The notes below the pieces were generated by a model that saw only the letters and a program-made list of their open reading frames with translations, did no database searches and was not told where the DNA came from. DNA of 48,803 nt from a virus (taxonomy: Duplodnaviria > Caudoviricetes), in IMG/VR virus record IMGVR_UViG_3300035014_000025, positions 1 through 48,803 of that record. The stretch is one strand, 5' to 3'. Made by a program: the position numbers and the translations under genes. This document shows positions 1 through 8,919 of this stretch, one piece after another. The stretch's first letter is position 1, and the number at the start of each line of letters is the position of its first letter.

Positions 1-963
1 TCAGTAGCCCGTTTGCCAGCGCGTGCTGTTCTGGTGGTCCGTCGACATGAACGCGTTGTTGTTCCCAGCCACGTCGTGCGTCGAATTGCCCGCGCTGGCC
101 CGGTTGGCGTCGCCAATGGCCTTCCCGAGGGCTTCACGCTTGGCCAGTTCCTCGGCGGAGTAGCCGACGTTCTTGCCGTTGACGTAGGTGTAGCCGTTCG
201 TGCCGACGCCCGTGAACGCGGCCCGTCGCTGCTGCGCCGCGATCTGGCCGAGCGCATTGGCCGCCGCGTAGGCATCGGCGGGCCGCACCGATGCGCGCGG
301 ATTGCCGAACAGCCCCGAGAGCGACGTGCCGGGCGCCGCCCCTGCCAGATTGCTCGTCGCGTTGACCGCTGGGTTCGGCCGGCGCGATGGCGACGAGCTC
401 TGGGCATAGGCCAGAAGATCGCCGAGCGTCGCATCGGGCGAAAGAGCTGCGGCGAGTTCAGGCGCCCACGGCGCGCTGGCGGGCCGGGCGCGCGGCAGCG
501 GAACGGAGGCCGAGGCGACCTGCGACACACCGGGCAACGAGATGCCACGCCCGAACATGCCTGCCAGCATCGTCGGCGATTTGCCCGCGATAGCGAGCTG
601 CTGCGTCATGGGGCCGGACGCTCGGCCATAGTCTCCGGTGTCTGCGAAGCTGAAGCCCCGCGGCTCGTTCGGGAGGTTGAGCGGCTGGTTCGGCGGGCGC
701 TGATAAGAGTTCGCCGGCACGGCCCGGATGGCCTGGAGCGCCTGAAGTTGCTGCGCGGTCAGGCCGGGCGTCGTGGGGGTCGACACCGGCTGGCCGGTGT
801 ACGGGTCGATCTTCACCGTCTTCACGCTGCGCGTGGTGAGCTCGCCGCTCGGCGCGGCCGAGGCGCCGGGCAGGATGCCGTCATAAATGCCGCCTCCGTC
901 GGTGCCCTGATAGACGCCGCCCGAGGGGTTCAGGATGCCGGAGTAGAAACGCTCAACGCCCAT
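1..963 (-). CDS. Hypothetical protein, probably virion/ejection-associated
   Basis: 320 aa Ala/Gly/Pro-rich ORF, last visible gene of the late operon, TGATG-coupled to the upstream gene. Confidence 0.6.
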   Translation of the reverse strand: MGVERFYSGILNPSGGVYQGTDGGGIYDGILPGASAAPSGELTTRSVKTVKIDPYTGQPVSTPTTPGLTAQQLQALQAIRAVPANSYQRPPNQPLNLPNEPRGFSFADTGDYGRASGPMTQQLAIAGKSPTMLAGMFGRGISLPGVSQVASASVPLPRARPASAPWAPELAAALSPDATLGDLLAYAQSSSPSRRPNPAVNATSNLAGAAPGTSLSGLFGNPRASVRPADAYAAANALGQIAAQQRRAAFTGVGTNGYTYVNGKNVGYSAEELAKREALGKAIGDANRASAGNSTHDVAGNNNAFMSTDHQNSTRWQTGY

Positions 964-1247
964 CAGCGCCTCCCGTAAAGAGCGGGCCGTTCTCCGCCGA
1001 GGAGATCGCTGGCCAGGTTCATAATCAGCTCGTCGAGATGCACGGGGGCCAACGCTGGCCGCTGATCCTGCATAGGAACCGGATTGCGCAACGCGTCGAG
1101 GATGAAGTCGTAGTTGCGATCATCCGCCGAGTACGAGGGATCGACGGCGGCGCTCCCGAACGGCGACCGCAGATCCTCGATGTTCGTGCTCTGCGGCCGC
1201 CCGACGAAGCCGGCGGCAGGCTGGTAGAGGCTAGCGAGGTCTGCCAT
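963..1247 (-). CDS. Hypothetical protein
   Basis: 94 aa, coupled at both ends; contains RPQSTNIEDLR. Confidence 0.6.
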   Translation of the reverse strand: MADLASLYQPAAGFVGRPQSTNIEDLRSPFGSAAVDPSYSADDRNYDFILDALRNPVPMQDQRPALAPVHLDELIMNLASDLLGGERPALYGRR

Positions 1248-4234
1248 CAGTCGGCCTCATCCATGATAGCCTTGGTTTCGGTGTCCTCGTCGTCGCCGCT
1301 CATGGCGTTGATGATCGACGAGGCCTCGTTGCCGAACCACGTCTTGGCCCAGCGGTTCAGCGCCTTGCGGTTGGCCGGGTTGTTCTCCTTGAGCAGCAGC
1401 GCCGCCGCGTCGGGGTTCAACAGCACGTCGTCGAGCATCCGCGTGATGCCCTCGGTTTGACGCGCTCCGACCGACTTGCGCGCGAGCGTGGCGAAGAACG
1501 AAGTCAGCAGGTAAGTGCCGCTGATGCGGCCGCTCTTGTAGGCGTAGAGCCGGCTCTGGATCGTCGCCGGCGACAGCTGCTCGTTGTGGACGGCCTGTGC
1601 CGTGCCCGACGAGTTCGCCGCCCGTGCGCCGTTGCGGACCTCAGTGCCTTGGATCGCCTTGGCGATCTCGCGGATGTTCTTCAAGTGGTCCGGGTTGGCG
1701 CGATAGAGCCGCTCGAGCACGGCCGAGTTGACCGGATCGTCGAGGAACTTGTTCAGCGAATAAGGCGACCAAGGCTGGGCGCCGTTGATGTCGCCCGTCG
1801 TGCGGCCGCCCGACCGGGCGTCCTTCTGCATGATGTTCCAGAAGGTCTTACGCGCGCCCTCGACGGCTTTCGGATCGTCACCGACGAAGGTCAGCAGCTC
1901 GTCGACGGCCTTCTTCGGGTCTTTGGCCGACAGCACGCCGCGCATCGCCCGATCGGCGTTCTCGTTGCCGTACTGGAGGTAGTTCGCCACCGCGCTCTTG
2001 CCCTGCTTGGTCAGCTGGTCGATGAGCTCGGAGGAGGCCGTCGTGGCGGTGTCCATCTCGGCGCGCAGGTTCTTCGCGTCGCCCAGCTGCGCCTTGAGGG
2101 CGGGAAACTTGGCGAAGACGTTGCTGTAGCCGTCGAGATAGGACTGGAGCGCCTCTGGTTTCTCCAGCAGGCCGCGGTCCTTCACGTCCTGGAGGATCTG
2201 ATCGCGAACAGCCGTCTGCACTCGGCCGTCGTTCCCGGCCTCCTTCATCAGCGCCTCGAAATCGGCGATGCGGCCTTGATCGTCCTGCACGAACTTGCCC
2301 GCGACGGTGCTGTCGGGGTAGCGCGGCATGCCCTCGCGCTCGGAGAGCGTCTGGCCGATGGCCGTCTGCGGCCGGGTGAAGCGGTCGTTGAAATCGACGG
2401 TGGCGGCGCGCGCGGCTTCGTACTGCTGGCGCAGATCGTCGGGCAGGTTGTTCGCCATGTAGCTGTCGATGCCGTCGATGTACTGACCGATGATCCGCGC
2501 TTCGTTGGCGCGGCCGGCGGTCGTCGCCTCGCGCGCCGCGTCGGTGAGCGCCGAGCGGATGCCGGTGATCTCATTGAGCGGCGCTTCGCCGGAAGGCGGA
2601 ACAGCCGCTTTCATGATCGGCTTACCTCGTGCGTCGAGGATGCCGGTGGGCTTGGCCGGTTCGCCGGGATCGATGAACTGCGACGGGATGTCGGCCTCAC
2701 CGGGGCGGAAACGGTTCATTTCAGCAACCGACAGATTGCTGTCATTGCCACGGAAGATCGCGTCCAGCGCTTCCATGTCGACATCCTGCTTGGAGCCGTT
2801 GATCGGCGCCCACGCCTGCTCGAGGACCGCCTTGGCGCCGTCGCTGGCGTCCTGGAGCGCAGTGCGGATATTCGCGCCGCGACCTTCAGCCGTAAGCGCC
2901 GGCAGCAGCGAACGGGTTGAGTTCTCCCACGCCTTGGTGGCAGCGTCGGCCTTGACGGCGGCCTCGCCCAGCCGCTTGTTACGCTCGGCGATTGCCGCGT
3001 CGGCGAACGCGCCCGGCGTCTCCGTCGGCTCGAACGGTTTCATGGCGTTGTCGACGGCCGCCGTGTTGGCGCCGCGCTGGGCGTTGTAGAGGCCGGCGTT
3101 CGGGCCGGACTGCTGCGCATATTCGAGCGCGGCAATGCCGGGGTTCTTCGTGCGATCCGCCAGGCTCTCCTTGAAACCGGGGATCGTTGCGCCGACTTTC
3201 TGCCCGCCCATTATTTGGGCGACCAGCGGGTCGGTATCGACGACCTCGCCCGGCTTCTGCTGGAGGCCGGACGCACGGATGATCCGATCGGTGACGGCCT
3301 CCTTCACCACGTCGTCGACGTAGTTGCCGCTGCCGAAAATGGCGCGGATCAAGTCGCGCGTGGAACCGATCATTGCCGTGCCGAGGCCGGTGGCGCCGGC
3401 GCCTGCAACAGCACCGCCAGCATCGGCCAGCGACCCGAGCGGCGTGCCCTGGTCATTGCCGGACGCCGCTACGAGCCCGGCACCCGTACCGGCGCCAGTG
3501 GCGACGCGCAGCTCGTCGCCGACATACTTGGCCGGATCGACGGCCGCCTTGTCGATGCCGAAGAGCGTCTTGAGCACTGAAGGCGCTTCGCGGGCTTCGG
3601 CGGCCGTCATGCGGCCTGCCGCGCCGAGTGTACCGAGCATCGGAACGGAGGCCGCGCCGATCTCTTGGCCCAGACGAGACGAAAAGCGCTTCACCGGGTC
3701 GGTCGTCTCGGGCAGCGGTTTCACGAGGCCGTTGCCGCTCAGCCAGTCGCCCAGCATCGCCGAGCCACCGACCGGCTTCTCGCTGATCGGACCGACGCCG
3801 CTCACGCCGGGGACGAGGTTCGCCAGTAAAGGCGCGTAGTTCACCGCGTCGACGGCCAGACCGGCCGTATTTGCCACGCCTTGGCGCGCACCTTCAGCGG
3901 CGTAGGCGGCGTTCTCCAGACCGGCCTGACCAGCGGCCATAATCATGTCGACGATGTTGCCTTCGCTGCCGCGATAGCGGTCATAGGCCGAACCGCCTTG
4001 CTCGATGGGGACGGGGCTGCCGTCCGGCATGACCTGACCGGGAATGGGGAGGTCACTGACAACCGAACCGTTGGGCAGCACAGTGCCGACCGGTTCTTTG
4101 CCGGTGTAGGCCGTCGACGGAATGACAGGCGCGGGCGCCGGAGGCGGCGCGACGGGCTGCGGTTTTTCATCGAACTGATCGAAGAAGTTACCGCTCTGGG
4201 CCGGCGCGTCGAACTGATCGAAGAAATTCGCCAC
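1247..4234 (-). CDS. Large internal virion/DNA ejection protein
   Basis: 995 aa; duplicated N-terminal NFFDQFD; Ala/Gly-rich helical composition; position after the tail tube genes. Confidence 0.75.
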   Translation of the reverse strand: MANFFDQFDAPAQSGNFFDQFDEKPQPVAPPPAPAPVIPSTAYTGKEPVGTVLPNGSVVSDLPIPGQVMPDGSPVPIEQGGSAYDRYRGSEGNIVDMIMAAGQAGLENAAYAAEGARQGVANTAGLAVDAVNYAPLLANLVPGVSGVGPISEKPVGGSAMLGDWLSGNGLVKPLPETTDPVKRFSSRLGQEIGAASVPMLGTLGAAGRMTAAEAREAPSVLKTLFGIDKAAVDPAKYVGDELRVATGAGTGAGLVAASGNDQGTPLGSLADAGGAVAGAGATGLGTAMIGSTRDLIRAIFGSGNYVDDVVKEAVTDRIIRASGLQQKPGEVVDTDPLVAQIMGGQKVGATIPGFKESLADRTKNPGIAALEYAQQSGPNAGLYNAQRGANTAAVDNAMKPFEPTETPGAFADAAIAERNKRLGEAAVKADAATKAWENSTRSLLPALTAEGRGANIRTALQDASDGAKAVLEQAWAPINGSKQDVDMEALDAIFRGNDSNLSVAEMNRFRPGEADIPSQFIDPGEPAKPTGILDARGKPIMKAAVPPSGEAPLNEITGIRSALTDAAREATTAGRANEARIIGQYIDGIDSYMANNLPDDLRQQYEAARAATVDFNDRFTRPQTAIGQTLSEREGMPRYPDSTVAGKFVQDDQGRIADFEALMKEAGNDGRVQTAVRDQILQDVKDRGLLEKPEALQSYLDGYSNVFAKFPALKAQLGDAKNLRAEMDTATTASSELIDQLTKQGKSAVANYLQYGNENADRAMRGVLSAKDPKKAVDELLTFVGDDPKAVEGARKTFWNIMQKDARSGGRTTGDINGAQPWSPYSLNKFLDDPVNSAVLERLYRANPDHLKNIREIAKAIQGTEVRNGARAANSSGTAQAVHNEQLSPATIQSRLYAYKSGRISGTYLLTSFFATLARKSVGARQTEGITRMLDDVLLNPDAAALLLKENNPANRKALNRWAKTWFGNEASSIINAMSGDDEDTETKAIMDEAD

Positions 4235-5686
4235 TTACGGCCCTCCGAGCAGCTTCGCTGCTGATCCGGCGCCGTACTTCGCGTCGAACTCGGCTGCCTT
4301 GTCCGGGTTGGCCTTCAGCGCTGCGACAGCAGCCGGCGGGATAGAGACGGCGGGGGCAGGCGCTGGATTGAGGGCTCCGCCCGTATCCTGGGGATGCAGC
4401 AGCTTATCCGCCTCGAGACGAGCACGGGCGATGCGATCTTTTGCGACGGTCAGCGTCGCTTGAAGCGACTGATCGTTGCCGAGGAGGCCCTGCCCGAGCG
4501 CCTCGATTTCACGATCGAGCGCGGCGCGCGACACTTCGGCCCCGCCGTTGTTGAGGCGTGCGTTCTGGTACGCCAGTTCGAGGATCATCGCGTTGGCCTG
4601 GGCGTAAACCGGGTTGTACGGGCCGTCGGCACCGATGGCATTGAGCGCCTGATCGGTGACGCCGCGAATATCGTCGAGCGTGATCGGAGCGTCTGGCCCC
4701 TTGCCGAACTTCTGCATGAACTCGGCGAGAACCTGCTTGGCGTCCTGCGCGAAGCCGATCACGTTGCCGGCGAGGCCGGTGACTGCGGGGTTCGACTTGA
4801 CCAGCGTCTCTAGCCGGTTGACCAGATCCTCCGACGACGTGGCCGTCGCGAGAAGCGCTTGAGCGCGGGACGTATTTGCGGTCGTCGGCGCCAAACCGGT
4901 TTCCGCTGCGCCGCCCTGGAGCGACGAGTTGAACGTGATCGCGCCCTGCGGCAGCGGTTGCTGGGTCGACGTGTCCTTCCACGAGTTCGTGGTCGCGTCG
5001 AAATAGGCCGTGCCCGTCTTGCCGTCGGTCGTCTTGTAGTTCTGGGTTTCGGTGGCGCCGCTCGGCTTGTCGTAGGGCCGCTTGCCGACAGCATCGGGCC
5101 GGCGGACGATGATCGGCCCGTCGGTGCCCATGATCGTCTCGACAGGAATGTCACCCGTGACGACGGCCCGCTGGTCGGGCTGCGGCATGCCCTGAAGGAT
5201 CGCGCCCTTGACTTCGGCCTCCGACAGCGGCTTGGGGAGGCCCTGCGCCGCGTCGATCGCCGGCAGCCCAACAAGTCCGGCGACATCGGCGGGAACAGCG
5301 GGCCGAACGTCGCCCGGCGCCAGGTTGTCGTAAAGGCTGCTGATCGTGCTGCCGAGAACGGTGTTCTTGTTGTTGATGATCGACGCTTCGGCGCTCTTGT
5401 CATAGCCGTAGCGCTGCGTGGCGTTACCTTGGTCGGTGGCGTAAGTGAAACCGGCTGGTGTCTGGCCGTACCCCTGCACTCCCGTCAACGCAGAGCGCGC
5501 CGATGCGGTGGGGTCGTTCGGGTGATCGAACAACCACGCGAGTTGCCCGGCCGCTTGCTTCGTCGCAGCGGCGGAGGCGTACCCTGACAAATCGCTGCCA
5601 CTGGGCGGCGCGAAGGCCGCGGCGAGATTGCTAAAGGCCGCGCCAAGCGCTGGGTCGTTATACAGCCGGTTCATTGCCACAGCCAT
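4235..5686 (-). CDS. Internal virion/DNA ejection protein
   Basis: Start moved to ATG 5686 (TGATG overlap); ends ...ANPDKAAEFDAKYGAGSAAKLLG, a tail style I associate with podophage ejection proteins. Confidence 0.7.
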   Translation of the reverse strand: MAVAMNRLYNDPALGAAFSNLAAAFAPPSGSDLSGYASAAATKQAAGQLAWLFDHPNDPTASARSALTGVQGYGQTPAGFTYATDQGNATQRYGYDKSAEASIINNKNTVLGSTISSLYDNLAPGDVRPAVPADVAGLVGLPAIDAAQGLPKPLSEAEVKGAILQGMPQPDQRAVVTGDIPVETIMGTDGPIIVRRPDAVGKRPYDKPSGATETQNYKTTDGKTGTAYFDATTNSWKDTSTQQPLPQGAITFNSSLQGGAAETGLAPTTANTSRAQALLATATSSEDLVNRLETLVKSNPAVTGLAGNVIGFAQDAKQVLAEFMQKFGKGPDAPITLDDIRGVTDQALNAIGADGPYNPVYAQANAMILELAYQNARLNNGGAEVSRAALDREIEALGQGLLGNDQSLQATLTVAKDRIARARLEADKLLHPQDTGGALNPAPAPAVSIPPAAVAALKANPDKAAEFDAKYGAGSAAKLLGGP

Positions 5687-6396
5687 CAGCCAAAAACCCC
5701 GTTTTCCTTGGCGCGCTTCCACCGCGCGACCGCTGCTTGCCGTAGTTGCTCGCGCCACTCGGGCGTCATGATCCGGCCTGCCGAAGCCCGTCGAAGTTGC
5801 TCGCGTCCCTCCGCTGTTGCGGCTCGCTGTGAGGCCGAACGAGACATCTTCTCGCGCGCTTCTGGAGTGCTCGCCCCCTGTTTGGCCCTTGCCTGCTGTT
5901 GCTTCTCACGCGAGATCGGCTTTCGCTTAGACCTTGCTCGCTCAAGCTGTTCGCGCCCTTCAGGCGTCTTTGCGCGTTCGACCGCTGCTTGGCGCCGCTT
6001 CTCGATAGCCTCCGGCGAGTTCATTCTCGCTACCGCATTACTCCGGAACGCCGGATCGTCCCATCGGGCTCGGTGAGCTGCGGAAATCCGCGCTCTAGTG
6101 GCCTCGGACTTTTTCGGCGCGTAGCCCCCTTCGGCCACATTCAGCCCGTTCGGTTCCAACGTGCCAAACTTAGCGATCCAGAAGCATTCGCGGGCTTGCA
6201 GGTCTGCCAGCGGAACGCGCTCGATGACGGCAAAATCAAAGGCTTCTGGCCCGAGCAACTGTAGCGCTCGGCCTACGCGGGTGCGAGCATACGAATGAGC
6301 GCGCCACCGCCGCTCCGGCTTGTTGCGGGTCTGGCCGACGTAACACGGCTTAGCCGCCCCCTTGAGGGTGATCGTATAGATGAAGCCTTCGGTCAT
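5686..6396 (-). CDS. Free-standing GIY-YIG homing endonuclease with NUMOD3-like basic repeats
   Basis: GFIY...YVGQT, RWRAH, RECFWI, NGLN motifs; repeated SEATRARIS/TPEAREKMS/TPEWREQL units. Confidence 0.85.
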   Translation of the reverse strand: MTEGFIYTITLKGAAKPCYVGQTRNKPERRWRAHSYARTRVGRALQLLGPEAFDFAVIERVPLADLQARECFWIAKFGTLEPNGLNVAEGGYAPKKSEATRARISAAHRARWDDPAFRSNAVARMNSPEAIEKRRQAAVERAKTPEGREQLERARSKRKPISREKQQQARAKQGASTPEAREKMSRSASQRAATAEGREQLRRASAGRIMTPEWREQLRQAAVARWKRAKENGVFG

Positions 6397-7100
6397 CCGA
6401 ACAAGCTCCCCAACCGGATGCCCTGATTGGGCGCTGCGGCCACCATCGTACCGACGCCCGGAATGACGCTCACCCCGCGGGACGTGGCGGCGCTGGTCAT
6501 GAACGGCAGGTTTCCGCCCGCCAGCCCTGCGCCCGTGGCGACCGTGCCGAGACCGCCGAGCAGATCACCGAGGAAATGTGCGCCGTCGCCGGCGTGCCCG
6601 GCCTTGTCGAGCTCGTAGGGCACCACCGAGGCCGAACCGGTCTTGAAGCCGCCGATCTGGGCGACCTGGCCGGCGTCACGCGCCGTGGCGAGGCTCTTGT
6701 CCGCCAGCACGTCGCCGAACGCCCGCAATTCACCGAGCGCGTCGGCCTGCTGATTGGTGAAGTCGCGTGCGTCGGTGCGCTGTTGGTCTTCATTCCGGAC
6801 AACGATGTCCGACGACGAGGTCGGTAGCGCTGCAACGGGCGCGGGCTCTTCGACGGCCTGCCCCCGCAGGTAATCGCCGAGCGCGACGCTCCGGTCGGCC
6901 TGATCGGCGCCGAAGTCCTGATAGCGCTGGCGCGACGTGAGGTTGATCGCGTCGGCCTCCTGGTTGAGGCCGCGCTGCCGAATGCGCTCCGCCGCGAGCG
7001 CGTCGTTGCGCGCCGCCTCGATCTGCGTCTGCGCGGAGTAGTTCGCGACGGTCGAGCCCAGCGTCAGGGCGATGCCGGCGATGGTCAGCGGATCACAAAT
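6393..7100 (-). CDS. Internal virion protein with putative ATT start (235 aa, (M)CDPLTIAGIALTLG...)
   Basis: Frame stays open 124 codons upstream of the track's TTG at 6728; GGAGG-CCGAT-ATT at 7110-7098; in-frame TAG at 7112-7110; MCDP-type N-terminus. Confidence 0.8.
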   Translation of the reverse strand: MCDPLTIAGIALTLGSTVANYSAQTQIEAARNDALAAERIRQRGLNQEADAINLTSRQRYQDFGADQADRSVALGDYLRGQAVEEPAPVAALPTSSSDIVVRNEDQQRTDARDFTNQQADALGELRAFGDVLADKSLATARDAGQVAQIGGFKTGSASVVPYELDKAGHAGDGAHFLGDLLGGLGTVATGAGLAGGNLPFMTSAATSRGVSVIPGVGTMVAAAPNQGIRLGSLFG

Positions 7101-7109
7101 ATCGGCCTC

Positions 7110-7733
7110 CTATCGCACGACGACGGCGTTTGACGAGGGGGTGAACAGCCCCGTGTTATACCGGCCGCCTGTCTGGCCTCCGGAATAGTAGTTCGCCTTT
7201 TCCAACGCGGCCTGCGTGCCGAGCGTCGACGTGAAGTCGGCGAAGAGATTGGTCAGCGGACTGAAGGCGGCCGGCTGCGTCAGCGCCGAGGCCCGCGTGA
7301 TGGCCGAATTGGCGGCGCCCTGCGCATCGCCGGTGGCGTTGAGCATGGCGATCAGGTTCGAGCGGGCGTCTTCCACCGAAGCCTTGGACTGGTTGACGTA
7401 GGAGAGCGCCTGGTCGCCAACCTGCTGTTTCGTCAGGTCGTACTTCTTCTGGAGTTCGGCCGCTTTCGTACCGCGCGCCGAACTATCCAGCAGGCCAGCC
7501 CGATCGAGTGCATACGCGAGCTCGCGCTGCGCCCCGGAATACTGGTCCTCGAGCTGCGGGTTGGCGTAGTCGAGAAAAGCCTTCTTGCGGGCGTCGTAAA
7601 AGCCGTTCGTGAACTGGTCGTCGAACGTCTTGTTGATCTGCGTCGTGCCTTCGCGGACACGCTTCTGGCGCGCCTGCTCGTCGGCGCGAGCCAGCGCCGC
7701 CTCGTTGCCCCCGCCCTTGTTGCTATCGCCCAT
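7110..7733 (-). CDS. Internal virion protein
   Basis: 207 aa helical protein with MG-x-GGG N-terminus, in the ejection gene block. Confidence 0.65.
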   Translation of the reverse strand: MGDSNKGGGNEAALARADEQARQKRVREGTTQINKTFDDQFTNGFYDARKKAFLDYANPQLEDQYSGAQRELAYALDRAGLLDSSARGTKAAELQKKYDLTKQQVGDQALSYVNQSKASVEDARSNLIAMLNATGDAQGAANSAITRASALTQPAAFSPLTNLFADFTSTLGTQAALEKANYYSGGQTGGRYNTGLFTPSSNAVVVR

Positions 7734-8181
7734 CCGGCATCGCCCGTCTCATCGAGAACCCCACGCGCTTGAAGCCAAAATGCTCCAGAAACCTTGCGGT
7801 GCGCTCGGAGTTGAACTCGTTGTCATTGCCGCCCACAATCTCACGGGCGCCGAGCTGATCGCTCCAGGCAATGAGTTGTTTCATCAGGATTGCGGCTGCT
7901 CGACTTCCGCGGCGTTCGGGCAGGACAAATATAACCTCCTGCGTGGTGAAAAGTCCATCCGCTGCGCGATACTCGTAGAAATCGCAAGTCAGGAAGGCGA
8001 TGACCTCCCGCTTGTCCTCGACGACGAAGAACGTCGGACTGGCGCGGTCGAGATACGACTGCAACGTGCGCCGGCAGCGCTCCTCGTTGAACACCATGTC
8101 GGGACGGGTGTCGGCGACGTTCATTCGAGCCATGCGAACAATGGCGTCGAAGTCGTCCTCAAGCGCCAGGCGAACGAACAT
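7723..8181 (-). CDS. GNAT-family acetyltransferase-like protein
   Basis: Start moved to ATG 8181; VRLA-EDD, FVLPERRGS-AA (motif A), FLEHFGF (motif B). Confidence 0.8.
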   Translation of the reverse strand: MFVRLALEDDFDAIVRMARMNVADTRPDMVFNEERCRRTLQSYLDRASPTFFVVEDKREVIAFLTCDFYEYRAADGLFTTQEVIFVLPERRGSRAAAILMKQLIAWSDQLGAREIVGGNDNEFNSERTARFLEHFGFKRVGFSMRRAMPDGR

Positions 8182-8446
8182 CGCGATACCCCGGCCATAT
8201 GTCATCGGCAACGCCGCCCGCGGCCTCGTACCCTGCGATGTAGCCGTACACGTAGCCGTTATCGGCGCGGCCTCCACATTCTAGGCAGTCGTACTTAGCG
8301 CCCAGCGTGGCCTTCCCGCCCACGAAACGGTGCCGCTTGCAGCCTGCCAGACGCACCGAGTTCGCCTTTGCAGCGGCGGCGATCTCCAGCAGGTCGCTTC
8401 GAGATAGCCCGGTGAAACCCGCGATCTTGTCCAGACTGTCGCTCAC
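8159..8446 (-). CDS. Small Cys/His-containing hypothetical protein
   Basis: GTG 8446 overlapping the upstream stop (GTGA), with GAGGA RBS; CKRH...CLEC motif. Confidence 0.6.
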   Translation of the reverse strand: MSDSLDKIAGFTGLSRSDLLEIAAAAKANSVRLAGCKRHRFVGGKATLGAKYDCLECGGRADNGYVYGYIAGYEAAGGVADDIWPGYRDVRSPGA

Positions 8447-8919
8447 GTTTTGATCCTCGCGAACTGGATGAAGGCTTCGCCGTGACGCCCGTAGTTCAGC
8501 ATCGGAGCCGTCTCTTGCTTGAGACCGAACAGCCGAAGCCACTGATGCGTCTGCGCGTAGTCGTGAAGCGAGATGGCCTGGATGCGGTGAATGCCGGCCG
8601 CCTCGTACCGGTCGAAGAGCCGACGGAAGAAACGCGTCACGGGCAGCGCCACTTTCGGGAAGTCGTCCGTGGCGAAAAACAGCAGCGTAATGACGTTCGG
8701 CCAAGCCTCTATCGTTCCGGCGATGCCGACGGGCGCCTGCTCATGATAGATCGCAAATACGTCCTCGCGGCCGCCGTAAGACCGGGACAGCACCCCGGCC
8801 AATTGCTCGCGGGTATCGGCTGGCGACACGGCGGAAAACTCGGCGAAGTCGCGGTCGCGCATATTCAGCGCGACGTGCCGTACGGCGTCGGCTGTGGCGC
8901 GCTCAATCTTCATCGGCAT
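8443..8919 (-). CDS. GNAT-fold virion assembly protein (T7 gp13-like position)
   Basis: VALNMRDRDFAEF...QWLRLFG...GEAFIQF pattern, directly after tail tube B. Confidence 0.6.
   Translation of the reverse strand: MPMKIERATADAVRHVALNMRDRDFAEFSAVSPADTREQLAGVLSRSYGGREDVFAIYHEQAPVGIAGTIEAWPNVITLLFFATDDFPKVALPVTRFFRRLFDRYEAAGIHRIQAISLHDYAQTHQWLRLFGLKQETAPMLNYGRHGEAFIQFARIKT

Noticed and set aside
6729-7100. Apparent gap or pseudogene in the ORF track
   Set aside because: Frame is open with normal codon bias and no frameshift; better explained by a non-canonical start
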